Positions 32,001 to 40,796 of a DNA stretch of 64,000 nt are shown piece after piece. The position numbers and the translations under genes were made by a program. The stretch covers positions 186,001-250,000 of the forward strand of contig CAYMEV010000002.1 in NCBI GenBank assembly GCA_964389675.1, written 5' to 3'. This DNA is from an uncultured Candidatus Sumerlaeota bacterium. Lineage in GTDB: Bacteria > CAYMEV01. The number at the start of each line of letters is the position of its first letter. Positions within the stretch are counted from its first letter, which is position 1. Below the pieces are notes generated by a model that was not told where the DNA came from, searched no databases, and worked only from the letters and a program-made list of their open reading frames with translations.

Positions 32001-32133
32001 AGATGCAAGTGAAAGGCTGATCAGCCTTGAGAACAGGGTCAATAAGGATAAGATAAAAGAGATCAAAAGCAGTATATCTGCGGAAAATCTAAAGCAGGAA
32101 AACAAGAATAATCCAAGAATTTCATATATATAG
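29050..32133 (+). CDS. Large TPR protein, SgmX-like
   Basis: N-terminal TPR array, long acidic linker, LTEAEVFLKFGL, C-terminal TPRs DYETHYNLGIAFKEMGL, terminal RISYI. Confidence 0.75.
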   Translation: MARNDRRQLLKMHKIAENYRQKGQHANAIREYENIMKQFPQEKKLYNTLGDLYQLVRDKKNAIRSYISYAKALEDNGFTLQAIAVYKKITRLDNEDPEVYTKLADLYNQQGIIAESISMYMHLANIYQKQGLVKRAISVYEKVIDLQPDNLKIIALLADQYLKEGMKAEAVDKYLLFADILLKKDEWDKVKSVYNKILELDPENIKVRKGIGNLYFHVGDFENAEKYLVQAIRDFPDNEEILKDLGEVYIKVKDFQKARKIYDRLTVLLPDDTSIRKKLAFILLNIRDDEEAKKHLDVLIQHYKSNSAYDKMVDMLNDAKKLRKNFYFAYNSLIDTYSFLKQEANKYDIMKELGIRYYEDEKIFEAYEIFKEVKSIFNKDKEFITAFDDVEKRVRESDLEGGPAAADTEKEASVSEFDMESEEGEINFEIPEDLVFETDASSGDVSRSVSEEIDEVSIPVDDILDESKEDIMDLQFGELKKDEKGNETDEVIIVDDDFITEEDDFFSEESAEKVEISEDELEREIDQLELNESQEVPLLIDKEEHVDKSDVIVEDLEVDLIDDELSSEYDKKMDNVFDAIDEAEPEPSEGRELLESQEDETYSQIKENLTEAEVFLKFGLTEKAYKHIKAALDINPDNIDTLLKLKELYSLEGKKQDLVAVSMRIADLYQKKNDEENALKEYKFLHSIDPTNPVLKDVFKEEEISYDAGEKQYDSLLHNLIKETDVEDDFEIIEEQEGSSESGVSDLIYTLKNDKLYDQESIDQDLVDAQDLFSSETFEELKEEETGEEAEREEVKDEENVEEFTDEDLSGEDMEIDSSLSDDFFELVSPEDSEEHYDIGEEMGLIGPEDVTDSDQSITQIVEEFKKGVQDQLSPEDYETHYNLGIAFKEMGLIEDAIEAFEKAASTGKIMIETISMLGLCYIEKGMYQRAIDQFKKGLEYLEKDSEAYIGMIYDLANVYEVSNDPERSYIYFEEIISKKPDFRDASERLISLENRVNKDKIKEIKSSISAENLKQENKNNPRISYI

Positions 32134-32145
32134 GTAAGCAGGGCG

Positions 32146-32961
32146 GTGGATTACCTAAATTTTTATAAATTAAATAATATCCCATTTTCCAATACACCTG
32201 ATAACAGGTTCTTCTTTGACAGCAAAAACCATAAGGATGCCCTGATAAGGCTGCGCCACAGTGCGGATGTAATGAGCGGGTTTGTCCTTGTTGTCGGGCA
32301 TATTGGATCCGGAAAGACAACACTTGCACGCAAGTTCCTGGCTTCCCTTGACGATCATGATTTTGAAGCCGCGCTTCTCGTAATGATCCATACAGAAATA
32401 ACTGCTGACTGGCTGCTGCACAGGATAGCATCCCAGCTTGGCGTAAAGAATCCGGGGAGCAGGAAAGCAGATCTGCTGCCCGCGCTCTATGACAGGCTTT
32501 ATAACCTCTACGAGGAAAATAAAAAGGCCATTGTGATTATAGATGAAGCCCAGATGCTTCAGACAAGGGAAATAATGGAAGAATTCAGGGGGATGCTTAA
32601 CCTTGAGGTTCCTGGAAGGAAACTGATACATTTTCTTTTTTTCGGGCTTCCGGAGGTTGAGGAGCTTATTAAGATCGATCCGCCTCTGTATCACAGAATG
32701 ACTATGAGAATAAAGCTGTCGCCTTTCAAATTTACCGAGACAGTTGAATATATAATTCACAGGCTTAAGGTTGCCGGCGCGACATATCCCGTCTTTTCAA
32801 AAGAATCATTCCAGATAATATTTGATGCATCCAAGGGGATACCAAGGCTTATAAATACAATTTGCGATAACTGCCTTTTTGAGGGGTATTTGCTCAGGGC
32901 AAATGTGATCAGCTCAAATATTACATCTGATGTTGTAGATAATCTGGCAATTGAAGTATAG
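32146..32961 (+). CDS. ExeA/GspA-family AAA ATPase (no PG-binding C-terminus)
   Basis: PFSNTPD, GHIGSGKT, IIDEAQ and GIPRLINTICDNCL motifs. Confidence 0.88.
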   Translation: MDYLNFYKLNNIPFSNTPDNRFFFDSKNHKDALIRLRHSADVMSGFVLVVGHIGSGKTTLARKFLASLDDHDFEAALLVMIHTEITADWLLHRIASQLGVKNPGSRKADLLPALYDRLYNLYEENKKAIVIIDEAQMLQTREIMEEFRGMLNLEVPGRKLIHFLFFGLPEVEELIKIDPPLYHRMTMRIKLSPFKFTETVEYIIHRLKVAGATYPVFSKESFQIIFDASKGIPRLINTICDNCLFEGYLLRANVISSNITSDVVDNLAIEV

Positions 32962-33006
32962 TTGATATTTACAGGATTCAGGTTTTATATTTTAGCAAGA
33001 AAATAT

Positions 33007-33036
33007 TTGACTTAAGTGGGTTTTTATGTATAAAAT
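33007..33036 (+). promoter_or_regulatory. Sigma70-type promoter for tRNA-Gly
   Basis: TTGACT-18 bp-TAAAAT. Confidence 0.45.
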
Positions 33037-33098
33037 ATGGTGGAATGTCTTACTAAAGATGAATTATCTATGAGCTTTTAATAATGCTCTTATTAAAA

Positions 33099-33170
33099 GC
33101 GGGTGTAACTCAGTGGTAGAGTGCAAGCTTCCCAAGCTTGAAGTCGCGGGTTCAAATCCCGTTACCCGCT
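33099..33170 (+). tRNA. tRNA-Gly(CCC)
   Basis: Acceptor stem GCGGGTG/TACCCGC, anticodon arm CAAGC-TTCCCAA-GCTTG, T-loop GGTTCAAATCC; CCA not encoded. Confidence 0.96.
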
Positions 33171-33191
33171 TTAGCGACTATAAGGAGTTGT

Positions 33192-33812
33192 ATGATGAGC
33201 CCGTTCTTATTTACGAAGGAAAAGAAAAAACCACATGAAAAGCAGAATCCATCCACTCCACACTCAAGGCAGGACCTGCAAAAAGGAAGCCAGCCCAGGC
33301 AAAAGCCTGAGCCTCCGGGCAAAAACAGGGAAACAGAAGCAAAGGCTGTTATAGAGCCTTCAGAGAAACCAAAAGAGCATCATAACATGTTCAAGTTTTA
33401 TAATAAAGAAGAAAAGTCCTCAGAAAAGGAGGTTTACAGTATGATTGGAAAAGGAATTAAAATCAAGGGTGAACTGGTAGGTGAAGAAGATATAGTCATT
33501 GAAGGTTTTGTCGAGGGTAAGGTAAAGCTCGATAAATCTTTAAAGATTGGAGAGGCCGGGATTGTAATTGCAGATATAAATGCAAAAATGGTTACAGTCT
33601 CGGGCAAGGTAGAGGGGAATATCTATGCTTCTGAAAAGATTGAGCTTTTACCAAGCGCCAATGTCCAGGGAAACCTGTTCTCTACTAAGATCGTGATATC
33701 AGAGGGAGCAAATTTTCAGGGTAAAATAGATATGTCAGGGAGTACAAAGCCTGAATCGATCAAGGAAAAGCCTTCTCTTTTGCCTAAAGAAAATCTGAAG
33801 GCAAAGGAATGA
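33192..33812 (+). CDS. Bactofilin (polymer-forming cytoskeletal protein)
   Basis: IGKGIKIKGEL...IEG.VEG...V.G.VEGNI...GA.F.G beta-helix; start after AAGGAG. Confidence 0.9.
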   Translation: MMSPFLFTKEKKKPHEKQNPSTPHSRQDLQKGSQPRQKPEPPGKNRETEAKAVIEPSEKPKEHHNMFKFYNKEEKSSEKEVYSMIGKGIKIKGELVGEEDIVIEGFVEGKVKLDKSLKIGEAGIVIADINAKMVTVSGKVEGNIYASEKIELLPSANVQGNLFSTKIVISEGANFQGKIDMSGSTKPESIKEKPSLLPKENLKAKE

Positions 33813-34732
33813 AAATGGAAAAACCTTTTTATAAAAAAGCAGTATTTGCCTTTATTTTTCTGCTAATTACCTTTACACCAGTCATAAGCCTCTTTTCACA
33901 ACAGAAGGTGGCTGTCCTTAAATCGTCAGATACAGATGATTTTAATGCTGTAAGAAATGGATTTATGAGCGTATTTTTCGGGGAATTTGAAGAGTTTAAC
34001 TGCGAGAATGACATGAATACCGCGAAAAGAAGAATGGCAATTATTAAATCTGATGAATTTGATGTTGTCCTTGCTATTGGCACTATTGCAGTAACAGCTG
34101 CACTTGATGCAAACCATGGCGGACTGATAATCGGTACCATGGTCCACAATCCGGATAAACTCACTGCAGGATCTTCCAATCTGACCATAATAGGCATGTA
34201 TCCCAAGCTTGACATATTGCTTGGTTTGATAAAAAGCTTCAATATAAGCAATCTGGGTTTGCTTTATAATCCTGATGAGAGCAATGAATTTGTAGAAAGG
34301 CTTAAAGTAGCCGGCCAGAGGCAGAAGGTTAATATTATTACCCAGGAAGCGAACTCTCCCAGGGTAGTGCCGGCTGTTTTCCAGCAGCTCCAGGGTCAGA
34401 TAGATGCCTTTTTATTTATGTCCGATTCTATATATTCAATCAAGGATTCAATTGACTTTATACTGCAGACATGCCTGCAGAACAGAATAATCACAATCGC
34501 CCCCACGCATATGCTTGTTACCCAGGGGGCAGTTGTCAGCATTTCAGCTGATTTTGTTGAAATAGGCCGATTATCTGCACAAATGGTAAATGATCATTTC
34601 AGCGGGAAAAGACTGCCTGCTTTCAAAGAGCCTGATTCCCTGAGTGTATCATATAATCAAAATACAGCTACCAGCATGGGTATTACCATTCCAGCTGAAA
34701 TTGAAAGGGAAGCAAAACAGGTTATCAGGTAA
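33809..34732 (+). CDS. Periplasmic substrate-binding protein (ABC_sub_bind-like)
   Basis: Signal peptide; LAIGT.A, GLLYNP.ES, D..EIGR and YN..TA..MGI.IP motifs. Confidence 0.8.
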   Translation: MKMEKPFYKKAVFAFIFLLITFTPVISLFSQQKVAVLKSSDTDDFNAVRNGFMSVFFGEFEEFNCENDMNTAKRRMAIIKSDEFDVVLAIGTIAVTAALDANHGGLIIGTMVHNPDKLTAGSSNLTIIGMYPKLDILLGLIKSFNISNLGLLYNPDESNEFVERLKVAGQRQKVNIITQEANSPRVVPAVFQQLQGQIDAFLFMSDSIYSIKDSIDFILQTCLQNRIITIAPTHMLVTQGAVVSISADFVEIGRLSAQMVNDHFSGKRLPAFKEPDSLSVSYNQNTATSMGITIPAEIEREAKQVIR

Positions 34733-34736
34733 CTGG

Positions 34737-36905
34737 ATGTTTAGAAATCTAAATATTACCCTGAAGATCTCAATAATATTAATACTTATCTTCATTTTTT
34801 TCATTACCATCTTTGCAATATTTAATATCATAAAGACTGGCGATCTTTTGAAAGATGCATTTATTCTCAGGGGAAACAGCCTGGTAAACAAGCTTTCTTC
34901 CGATTCATCATATTTTGTAAGCATGAGCATTACTATTGATCAGCGAAAGAACCTTGAAAATGAGTTAAAGAAATTATCGGACGAAGACGATTTTCTATAT
35001 GCATATATATTTGACAGAAGCGGCAAGATTCTCGCTTCTTTTGACAATTCAAACCAGAACCTTATAGAAGGCATTACTGCTTCAACAGTCATTGATACCC
35101 TGAAGGACAGAATCTCAAGCCACGCGGGAAATGATCCGGTATCTGAGATCAAGGCCAAAGAGAACCATAAGGGAGGCATCTACGAATTTTTTCTGCCTGT
35201 TGCAATTGACCTGGATATGTCAGCTCCTGGAGATGTCTTCAGTTCAGGCCCTTCTACAGCCAGGGCCGATAATAAGATTGGAGGGGTTGTGATCGGTTTG
35301 AGCTACAGCAGAGTCCATTCACAGCTGAACAACCTTATTGTTGTATTAATCATCCTTGTTCTTGTTCTTTCTGTCCTTATATATTTTATTATCTTTTTCT
35401 TTATAAAATTTATACTGTTGAAACCCATGTCGCTTATACTCTCAACATCGAATAAGATTGCCGACGGCAATCTTACTGAACGGGTATATGTCAAATCAAA
35501 TGATGAACTGGGTGAATTAAGCAATATGTTCAATAAAATGACAGAACAGCTGTGCACTATGATAAGTCAGATTATTTCTAGCCATCAGAGGATGGACAGG
35601 ACTACGTTTGACCTTGATGAGGCTATAAAGAATGTTCTTTACACTATAGAGACTCAGACCAAGGATATTAAGAATATTTCACACTTTCTGTCAGACATGA
35701 TGGTATCAATACAGAATATTGCCAGTAATATACAGAAACTGTTGATGTACGCAGAGGATACATCTTCTTCAGTCCTTGAAATGACAGCATCCATTGACGA
35801 GGTCCTGGACAATACAGAGAACCTTTCTAATTCTGTATCTGAGACTGCATCATCTGTTGAGGAGATGGCTGTATATTTCAAGCAGATTGCAAACAATGTA
35901 AATGTACTGAGAAAATTTGCGGAGGATACATCCAGCTCCATGGCCGAGATGGAGGTTGCCATCAAACAGGTTGAGATCATTGCCATGGATTCCATGAATC
36001 TTTCGATAGAGGTATCCAAAAACTCACAGGATGGCATGGATGTTGTCCAGAGAAATATAGATATAATGCAGGATATAAAGGAGACCGTTTTTTCATCTGT
36101 CCAGATTATAGAAAGGCTTGGCAAAAGATCGGAAGAAATTGGTGAAATACTTACTGTCATTAATGATGTTGGGGAGCAGACCAACCTTCTGGCACTTAAT
36201 GCTGCAATTATTGCAGCTCAGGCAGGCGAGCACGGAAAGGGATTTGCTGTTGTTGCTGATGAAATACGTGATCTGTCTGAAAGGACAGCTAATAGCACAA
36301 AAGAGATTGCTAACCTTATAAAAGCACTCCAGGATGAAGCAGCTAATGCCGTTAAATCAATGAGAATGGGGAGTGAAAATGTGGAGAAGGGATTTGAGCA
36401 AAGCCGATTGACCGGTGAAGCGCTAAGAAAGATTAATGAATCTGCTTCAAGATCTACAGATATGGCCAAGGAGATAGCAAAAGCCACGAAAGAGCAGACT
36501 GAAGGTTCAAAATTGGTAACAAGAGAAGTAGAGAAGGTTACGGAAATGATACTTCAGATAAACAGGGCTACAGAAGAACAGACTAAGAGCTCTGAGCTGA
36601 TAATGAGGGCTGTAAATGATATGAGAAACCTTACCAAGCAGGTTAAAAAAGCCATGGTCGAGCAATCGCTCGGTTCAAAGCAGATCGCCAAGGCTGTTGA
36701 AAATGTTACAGATATGACTGACAGCATTAATAAGGCTACTCAGGAGCAGAAAACAAACAGCGAAGAGATCCAGAAGATTATAAATACCCTTGGCAACAGT
36801 GTAGATTTGAATGCCAAGAATATAAATATTATGGATAATGCATTAAAAGAGCTTAAGAGGCAGGCATCTATGCTCAGGGATGCCATCTCCAAGTTTAAGG
36901 TCTAA
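34737..36905 (+). CDS. Methyl-accepting chemotaxis protein with extended signalling domain
   Basis: Two TMs, HAMP ([13 protein letters not shown]), [31 protein letters not shown]. Confidence 0.93.
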   Translation: MFRNLNITLKISIILILIFIFFITIFAIFNIIKTGDLLKDAFILRGNSLVNKLSSDSSYFVSMSITIDQRKNLENELKKLSDEDDFLYAYIFDRSGKILASFDNSNQNLIEGITASTVIDTLKDRISSHAGNDPVSEIKAKENHKGGIYEFFLPVAIDLDMSAPGDVFSSGPSTARADNKIGGVVIGLSYSRVHSQLNNLIVVLIILVLVLSVLIYFIIFFFIKFILLKPMSLILSTSNKIADGNLTERVYVKSNDELGELSNMFNKMTEQLCTMISQIISSHQRMDRTTFDLDEAIKNVLYTIETQTKDIKNISHFLSDMMVSIQNIASNIQKLLMYAEDTSSSVLEMTASIDEVLDNTENLSNSVSETASSVEEMAVYFKQIANNVNVLRKFAEDTSSSMAEMEVAIKQVEIIAMDSMNLSIEVSKNSQDGMDVVQRNIDIMQDIKETVFSSVQIIERLGKRSEEIGEILTVINDVGEQTNLLALNAAIIAAQAGEHGKGFAVVADEIRDLSERTANSTKEIANLIKALQDEAANAVKSMRMGSENVEKGFEQSRLTGEALRKINESASRSTDMAKEIAKATKEQTEGSKLVTREVEKVTEMILQINRATEEQTKSSELIMRAVNDMRNLTKQVKKAMVEQSLGSKQIAKAVENVTDMTDSINKATQEQKTNSEEIQKIINTLGNSVDLNAKNINIMDNALKELKRQASMLRDAISKFKV

Positions 36906-36928
36906 AATCCAGAGGAAAAAAATTCCAT

Positions 36929-38320
36929 ATGGATTCAAAAATCTCAATATTGATACTTGCCGGCGGAATCGGAAGCAGGTTTAAAACATCCCGGAACAAA
37001 CTGGTATTTGATATAATGGGAAAGCCAGTCTTTTCGCATGTTTATGACTGCGCAAAGAGCATATCGGATGATATTACCGCAGTTCTGGGCCCTCACAACC
37101 GGGAACAGATATTGGCCCTGCATCCGGGCCTCAACCATATTATACAGCAGAAACCCCTTGGTACAGGAGATGCTTTAATTAAATATATCCAGCAGAAAAA
37201 GCAGGATCCCGGGGAAAAAAATGCAGTTCTTGTTCTGCTTGGAGATGTGCCTCTTGTTTCATCAGATACGCTGATAAAATTTAAGGACCATTTTACAAAT
37301 AAGAGGCTGTCCATTGGTTTCATATCAACAAGTATTGATGAACCGATGGGCTATGGAAGAATTATAAGGGATACCGGGAATGCGCCTGTTGCAATAAAGG
37401 AGGAGGCTGATCTCTCAGAACAGGAGATCAGCATAAAAGAGGTAAATACAGGGATATTCCTCCTGAGGTATGATTTCCTGGAGAAATGCCTTTATAAATT
37501 AGCACCGCATGATCCAAAGGGTGAATACTATATAACAGATCTGGCAGGTATTGCAATAAATGATGGTTTTTTAGCAGATTCTTATCATTCCCATGATTGT
37601 ATTGAATTTACAGGTATTAATACTATTAAGGACCTGAGAATTGCCAGAGATAAGGTAAAGGACAGGATAAACCTGTTTCATATGGAAAATGGAGTGGATA
37701 TAATAGACCCTTCAAGCACCTTTATAGATATAAATGTCCATATTGATATGGATTCTGTTATCTATCCCAATAATATCATAAGGGGTACGACCACTATAAA
37801 GAAGGGTTGCTTTTTAGGCCCTGCAAATTATATTGAAAATTGTGATCTTGGACAGAATACGCGGATATTAGGCTTTTCTTATATCAGGGACTCAATTATC
37901 GGAAGCGGTACATCCATAGGGCCTTTTGCACACCTCAGGATGAATAACAGGATAGCAGATAATGTCAGGATAGGCAATTATGTAGAGATCAAAAAGTCAT
38001 CTGTGGGAGATAACAGCAAGATCCCTCACCTGAGCTATGTCGGTGATGCTGATATCGGGAAAAACGTAAATATAGGTGCCGGAGTAATCACATGCAATTA
38101 TGACGGAGAGAAGAAACATCCGACAACAATCCATGACAATGCCTTCATAGGGAGCGACAGCCAGCTTGTAGCACCTGTAACGATCGGCGAGGAAGCCTAT
38201 ATTGCCTCGGGCAGTACTATTGTGTCTGATGTACCTGCATATTCGCTTGCAGTAGCAAGAAACAGGCAAACCAATAAGAAGGACTGGGTTAAATACAAAA
38301 AACGCATTAAAAACCCTTAA
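36929..38320 (+). CDS. glmU: Bifunctional UDP-GlcNAc pyrophosphorylase/GlcN-1-P acetyltransferase
   Basis: LAGG.GSR, LGTG, GDVP, GYGRI, EYYITD, HLSYVGDA and CNYDG motifs. Confidence 0.95.
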   Translation: MDSKISILILAGGIGSRFKTSRNKLVFDIMGKPVFSHVYDCAKSISDDITAVLGPHNREQILALHPGLNHIIQQKPLGTGDALIKYIQQKKQDPGEKNAVLVLLGDVPLVSSDTLIKFKDHFTNKRLSIGFISTSIDEPMGYGRIIRDTGNAPVAIKEEADLSEQEISIKEVNTGIFLLRYDFLEKCLYKLAPHDPKGEYYITDLAGIAINDGFLADSYHSHDCIEFTGINTIKDLRIARDKVKDRINLFHMENGVDIIDPSSTFIDINVHIDMDSVIYPNNIIRGTTTIKKGCFLGPANYIENCDLGQNTRILGFSYIRDSIIGSGTSIGPFAHLRMNNRIADNVRIGNYVEIKKSSVGDNSKIPHLSYVGDADIGKNVNIGAGVITCNYDGEKKHPTTIHDNAFIGSDSQLVAPVTIGEEAYIASGSTIVSDVPAYSLAVARNRQTNKKDWVKYKKRIKNP

Positions 38321-39747
38321 TTATCAAGGAGAAGCGATCTCAAACTATTCCAGAAACTGTTCGCCTCCAGGGATTCACCGTTAAAAAAGGCTGCACCTCC
38401 AAATTCACCCTCTTTCAGTATAGCGCCATAGGAATCTGATATATAGCTGAAGGGATGATTTTTTTCTCTTTTCAGCGTAAGGTAGGCACCAATACCGGGT
38501 ATTATTCTGCAGTGGTTATTCAGCTTGATCTCTGTGGCATAATCCTTAATATGCCCGATTGATTGAGGGTAAAAATAGGTCATTGGAAAGATCAGGTCAA
38601 CCATATCCTTTTCAATCCACAGTACAGGGTCCTGAAAATGATTCACGGCAGAAAATCCGTTTCCCCGAAGCTTGCCTATGACAGCACATGATACTATAAT
38701 GTCCCCTGCCCTCGATTTTATATAGTCATATAATCCTTTCAGATGCATGTTTATCCTGTTCCTGATAAAATCTTCATAGCCTACTTTGATTCCAAGGAGA
38801 CTATATTTCTTTGCCAGCTCCCTGTTATATATGTATTTTTTATCATCAAGCCTGAAATAATCAAAATGGATACCATCAAATTCATAATTGCTTAATAGCT
38901 CATCAATTATTGTCAGAATGTATTCATATACCCCGCTATGGGCAGGGTGAAGGAATGTATAACCCCCGGCTGAGGGTAAATTTCCTCTATTATCCTCTGC
39001 AGCCAGATTTCTGAGTATATTTATTGGCAGTTCAATTCCATTGGCCTTCTGGAGTTTTTTTCTCCCTGAATGCTCTATGGGGAACACATTGATCCATACA
39101 TGTATATTTAGATTATGGCGTCTGCAGAGGTCTATCATGAAATCCAGCGGATCCCAGCCGGGATCCTCCCCGATTATGCTGTTAAGCGATAGAAGGTGGC
39201 TGAAAGGCTCAATTTTGCTTTTGTAGAGCACATCACCATTGCCCCTCGCCTGGAAGATAATATCCGTAATCCCGCTGCTTGCAGCATTTATTACAATGCC
39301 TGATAATACCTTTTGTATCTCCTGATTGTACTCTTTCTGATCCTTCAATTTATTTTTGTTAACCATGTGTGCAAAATCGAACCTGCTTATCCATAGATAA
39401 TTTTTCAAGAAAATTATCCTGCCGTCCTCCTTAAAAAAGCTGTAATCCCTTTTCCCGATAAATACATTTTTGCTGTAGCAGTTGATCTTCAGGGAATGAA
39501 GACCTTCCCTTAGTGATGAGAACCTTATTCTGAAGGATTGATTTTCAAGGTCTTTATATGATTTTATTTCCTTCTGCTTATTGAAGATGATACCTATTGA
39601 ATCTGCCATTCTGCAATCGGTTACGAAAATATACCTGTCATCCTCAAATCCTCGGTATTCGAGACTTATAGGTTCTGAAGACCCTGGAATGGCCTGAATG
39701 CCTGATAGCATCATAAGAGAAATTAATACTGCATTTAGAAGGGCCAT
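38317..39747 (-). CDS. Glycoside hydrolase-like 10 (YddW/DigH-like) secreted protein
   Basis: FQARGNGD.LY.S, WDPL, H.W.N, DGIHFDY.R and D.I.PM.Y motifs; signal peptide. Confidence 0.8.
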   Translation of the reverse strand: MALLNAVLISLMMLSGIQAIPGSSEPISLEYRGFEDDRYIFVTDCRMADSIGIIFNKQKEIKSYKDLENQSFRIRFSSLREGLHSLKINCYSKNVFIGKRDYSFFKEDGRIIFLKNYLWISRFDFAHMVNKNKLKDQKEYNQEIQKVLSGIVINAASSGITDIIFQARGNGDVLYKSKIEPFSHLLSLNSIIGEDPGWDPLDFMIDLCRRHNLNIHVWINVFPIEHSGRKKLQKANGIELPINILRNLAAEDNRGNLPSAGGYTFLHPAHSGVYEYILTIIDELLSNYEFDGIHFDYFRLDDKKYIYNRELAKKYSLLGIKVGYEDFIRNRINMHLKGLYDYIKSRAGDIIVSCAVIGKLRGNGFSAVNHFQDPVLWIEKDMVDLIFPMTYFYPQSIGHIKDYATEIKLNNHCRIIPGIGAYLTLKREKNHPFSYISDSYGAILKEGEFGGAAFFNGESLEANSFWNSLRSLLLDN

Positions 39748-39846
39748 GGTGCAATTTTACAGTCCAAATGCAGATTCAGTCAAGAATATAAAACCGGGCT
39801 ATTATAAAATATTGGAAGATTTGCCTATATGTGGTACTATTCCCCT

Positions 39847-40764
39847 ATGGATGCTGTAATTCTTTGTGCTGGCTACGGGGCAAGGCTGAGGCCTGTTACA
39901 CTGTATTATCAGAAAGCTGCACTGGGAATATATGCAGTCCCGCCTGTACTCTATCAGATACTCAATCTAAGAAATCAGGGATGCAAAAGATTTTTTATCA
40001 ATATGTTCCATCAGAAAGAATCCCTCAAAGGTATCCTGAAAAGATTCAGCCCATCAGGAATCGAGATCAATATTATAGAAGAAAATGAGATATTGGGGAC
40101 AGGCGGTGCAATATACAATATGAGAGATCTTCTCAAAGGAGATTTTCTTGTTATCAACGGGGATTCATACCTGGATATAGAGCTCGCCAGATTCTATGAA
40201 TTCCATGAATCGTCTGGAAATCTATCCTCATTGATGCTTGGTTGCAGGAGCGGGAAGGATGTTTCCGGAATTGGAATGAAAGATGGAATAATAACGGATA
40301 TTGACATAGATAAGGTGCATGACCAGCCATTTATGTTTTACGGATGCCACATTATCAGCAGCGAGATATTTGGATATTTTAGCAAAAGCGGATATTCAGA
40401 CATAATACTGGATCTTTACCTTAGTCTTGCAGAAGATGGCAGGCTCGGGGGATATACAGTCAGTAAGCCCCTGTTTGATATTGGCACCTTTGAGAACATA
40501 AAGACTGGCCTTGATATACTTGTCAGGTCCAGTTTCAAAGCAGTTAATATCAGGGATTATGCAATATATGACGCTAAGAACAATTCTGTCTATTTCGGCA
40601 GTGATAATATCAAAGGGAACATAAGGAACAGCACAATATCCTATGGCGTTACCGCTTCAAGGGGATCTGAAATAATCAACTCTGTGATAATGCAGGATAA
40701 CCATATCGGGCCTGGAAACAGAGTTGTAAATGCCATTGTCCCACCTGGATTCTTCAGGAAATAG
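39847..40764 (+). CDS. NDP-sugar pyrophosphorylase/nucleotidyltransferase
   Basis: LCAGYGARLRP.T, E..LGTGG, NGD and DIGT motifs; short C-terminal hexapeptide region. Confidence 0.85.
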   Translation: MDAVILCAGYGARLRPVTLYYQKAALGIYAVPPVLYQILNLRNQGCKRFFINMFHQKESLKGILKRFSPSGIEINIIEENEILGTGGAIYNMRDLLKGDFLVINGDSYLDIELARFYEFHESSGNLSSLMLGCRSGKDVSGIGMKDGIITDIDIDKVHDQPFMFYGCHIISSEIFGYFSKSGYSDIILDLYLSLAEDGRLGGYTVSKPLFDIGTFENIKTGLDILVRSSFKAVNIRDYAIYDAKNNSVYFGSDNIKGNIRNSTISYGVTASRGSEIINSVIMQDNHIGPGNRVVNAIVPPGFFRK

Positions 40765-40796
40765 GGCAAAAATATCCTGGATATGATATTTGTCAT

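Noticed and set aside
33138-33191. ORF-track N-terminal extension of bactofilin
   Set aside because: Overlaps tRNA-Gly; the real SD and ATG are at 33182-33194.
33099-33200. tRNA as an integration site for an island
   Set aside because: No integrase and no duplicated tRNA 3' end seen; flanking genes look native.
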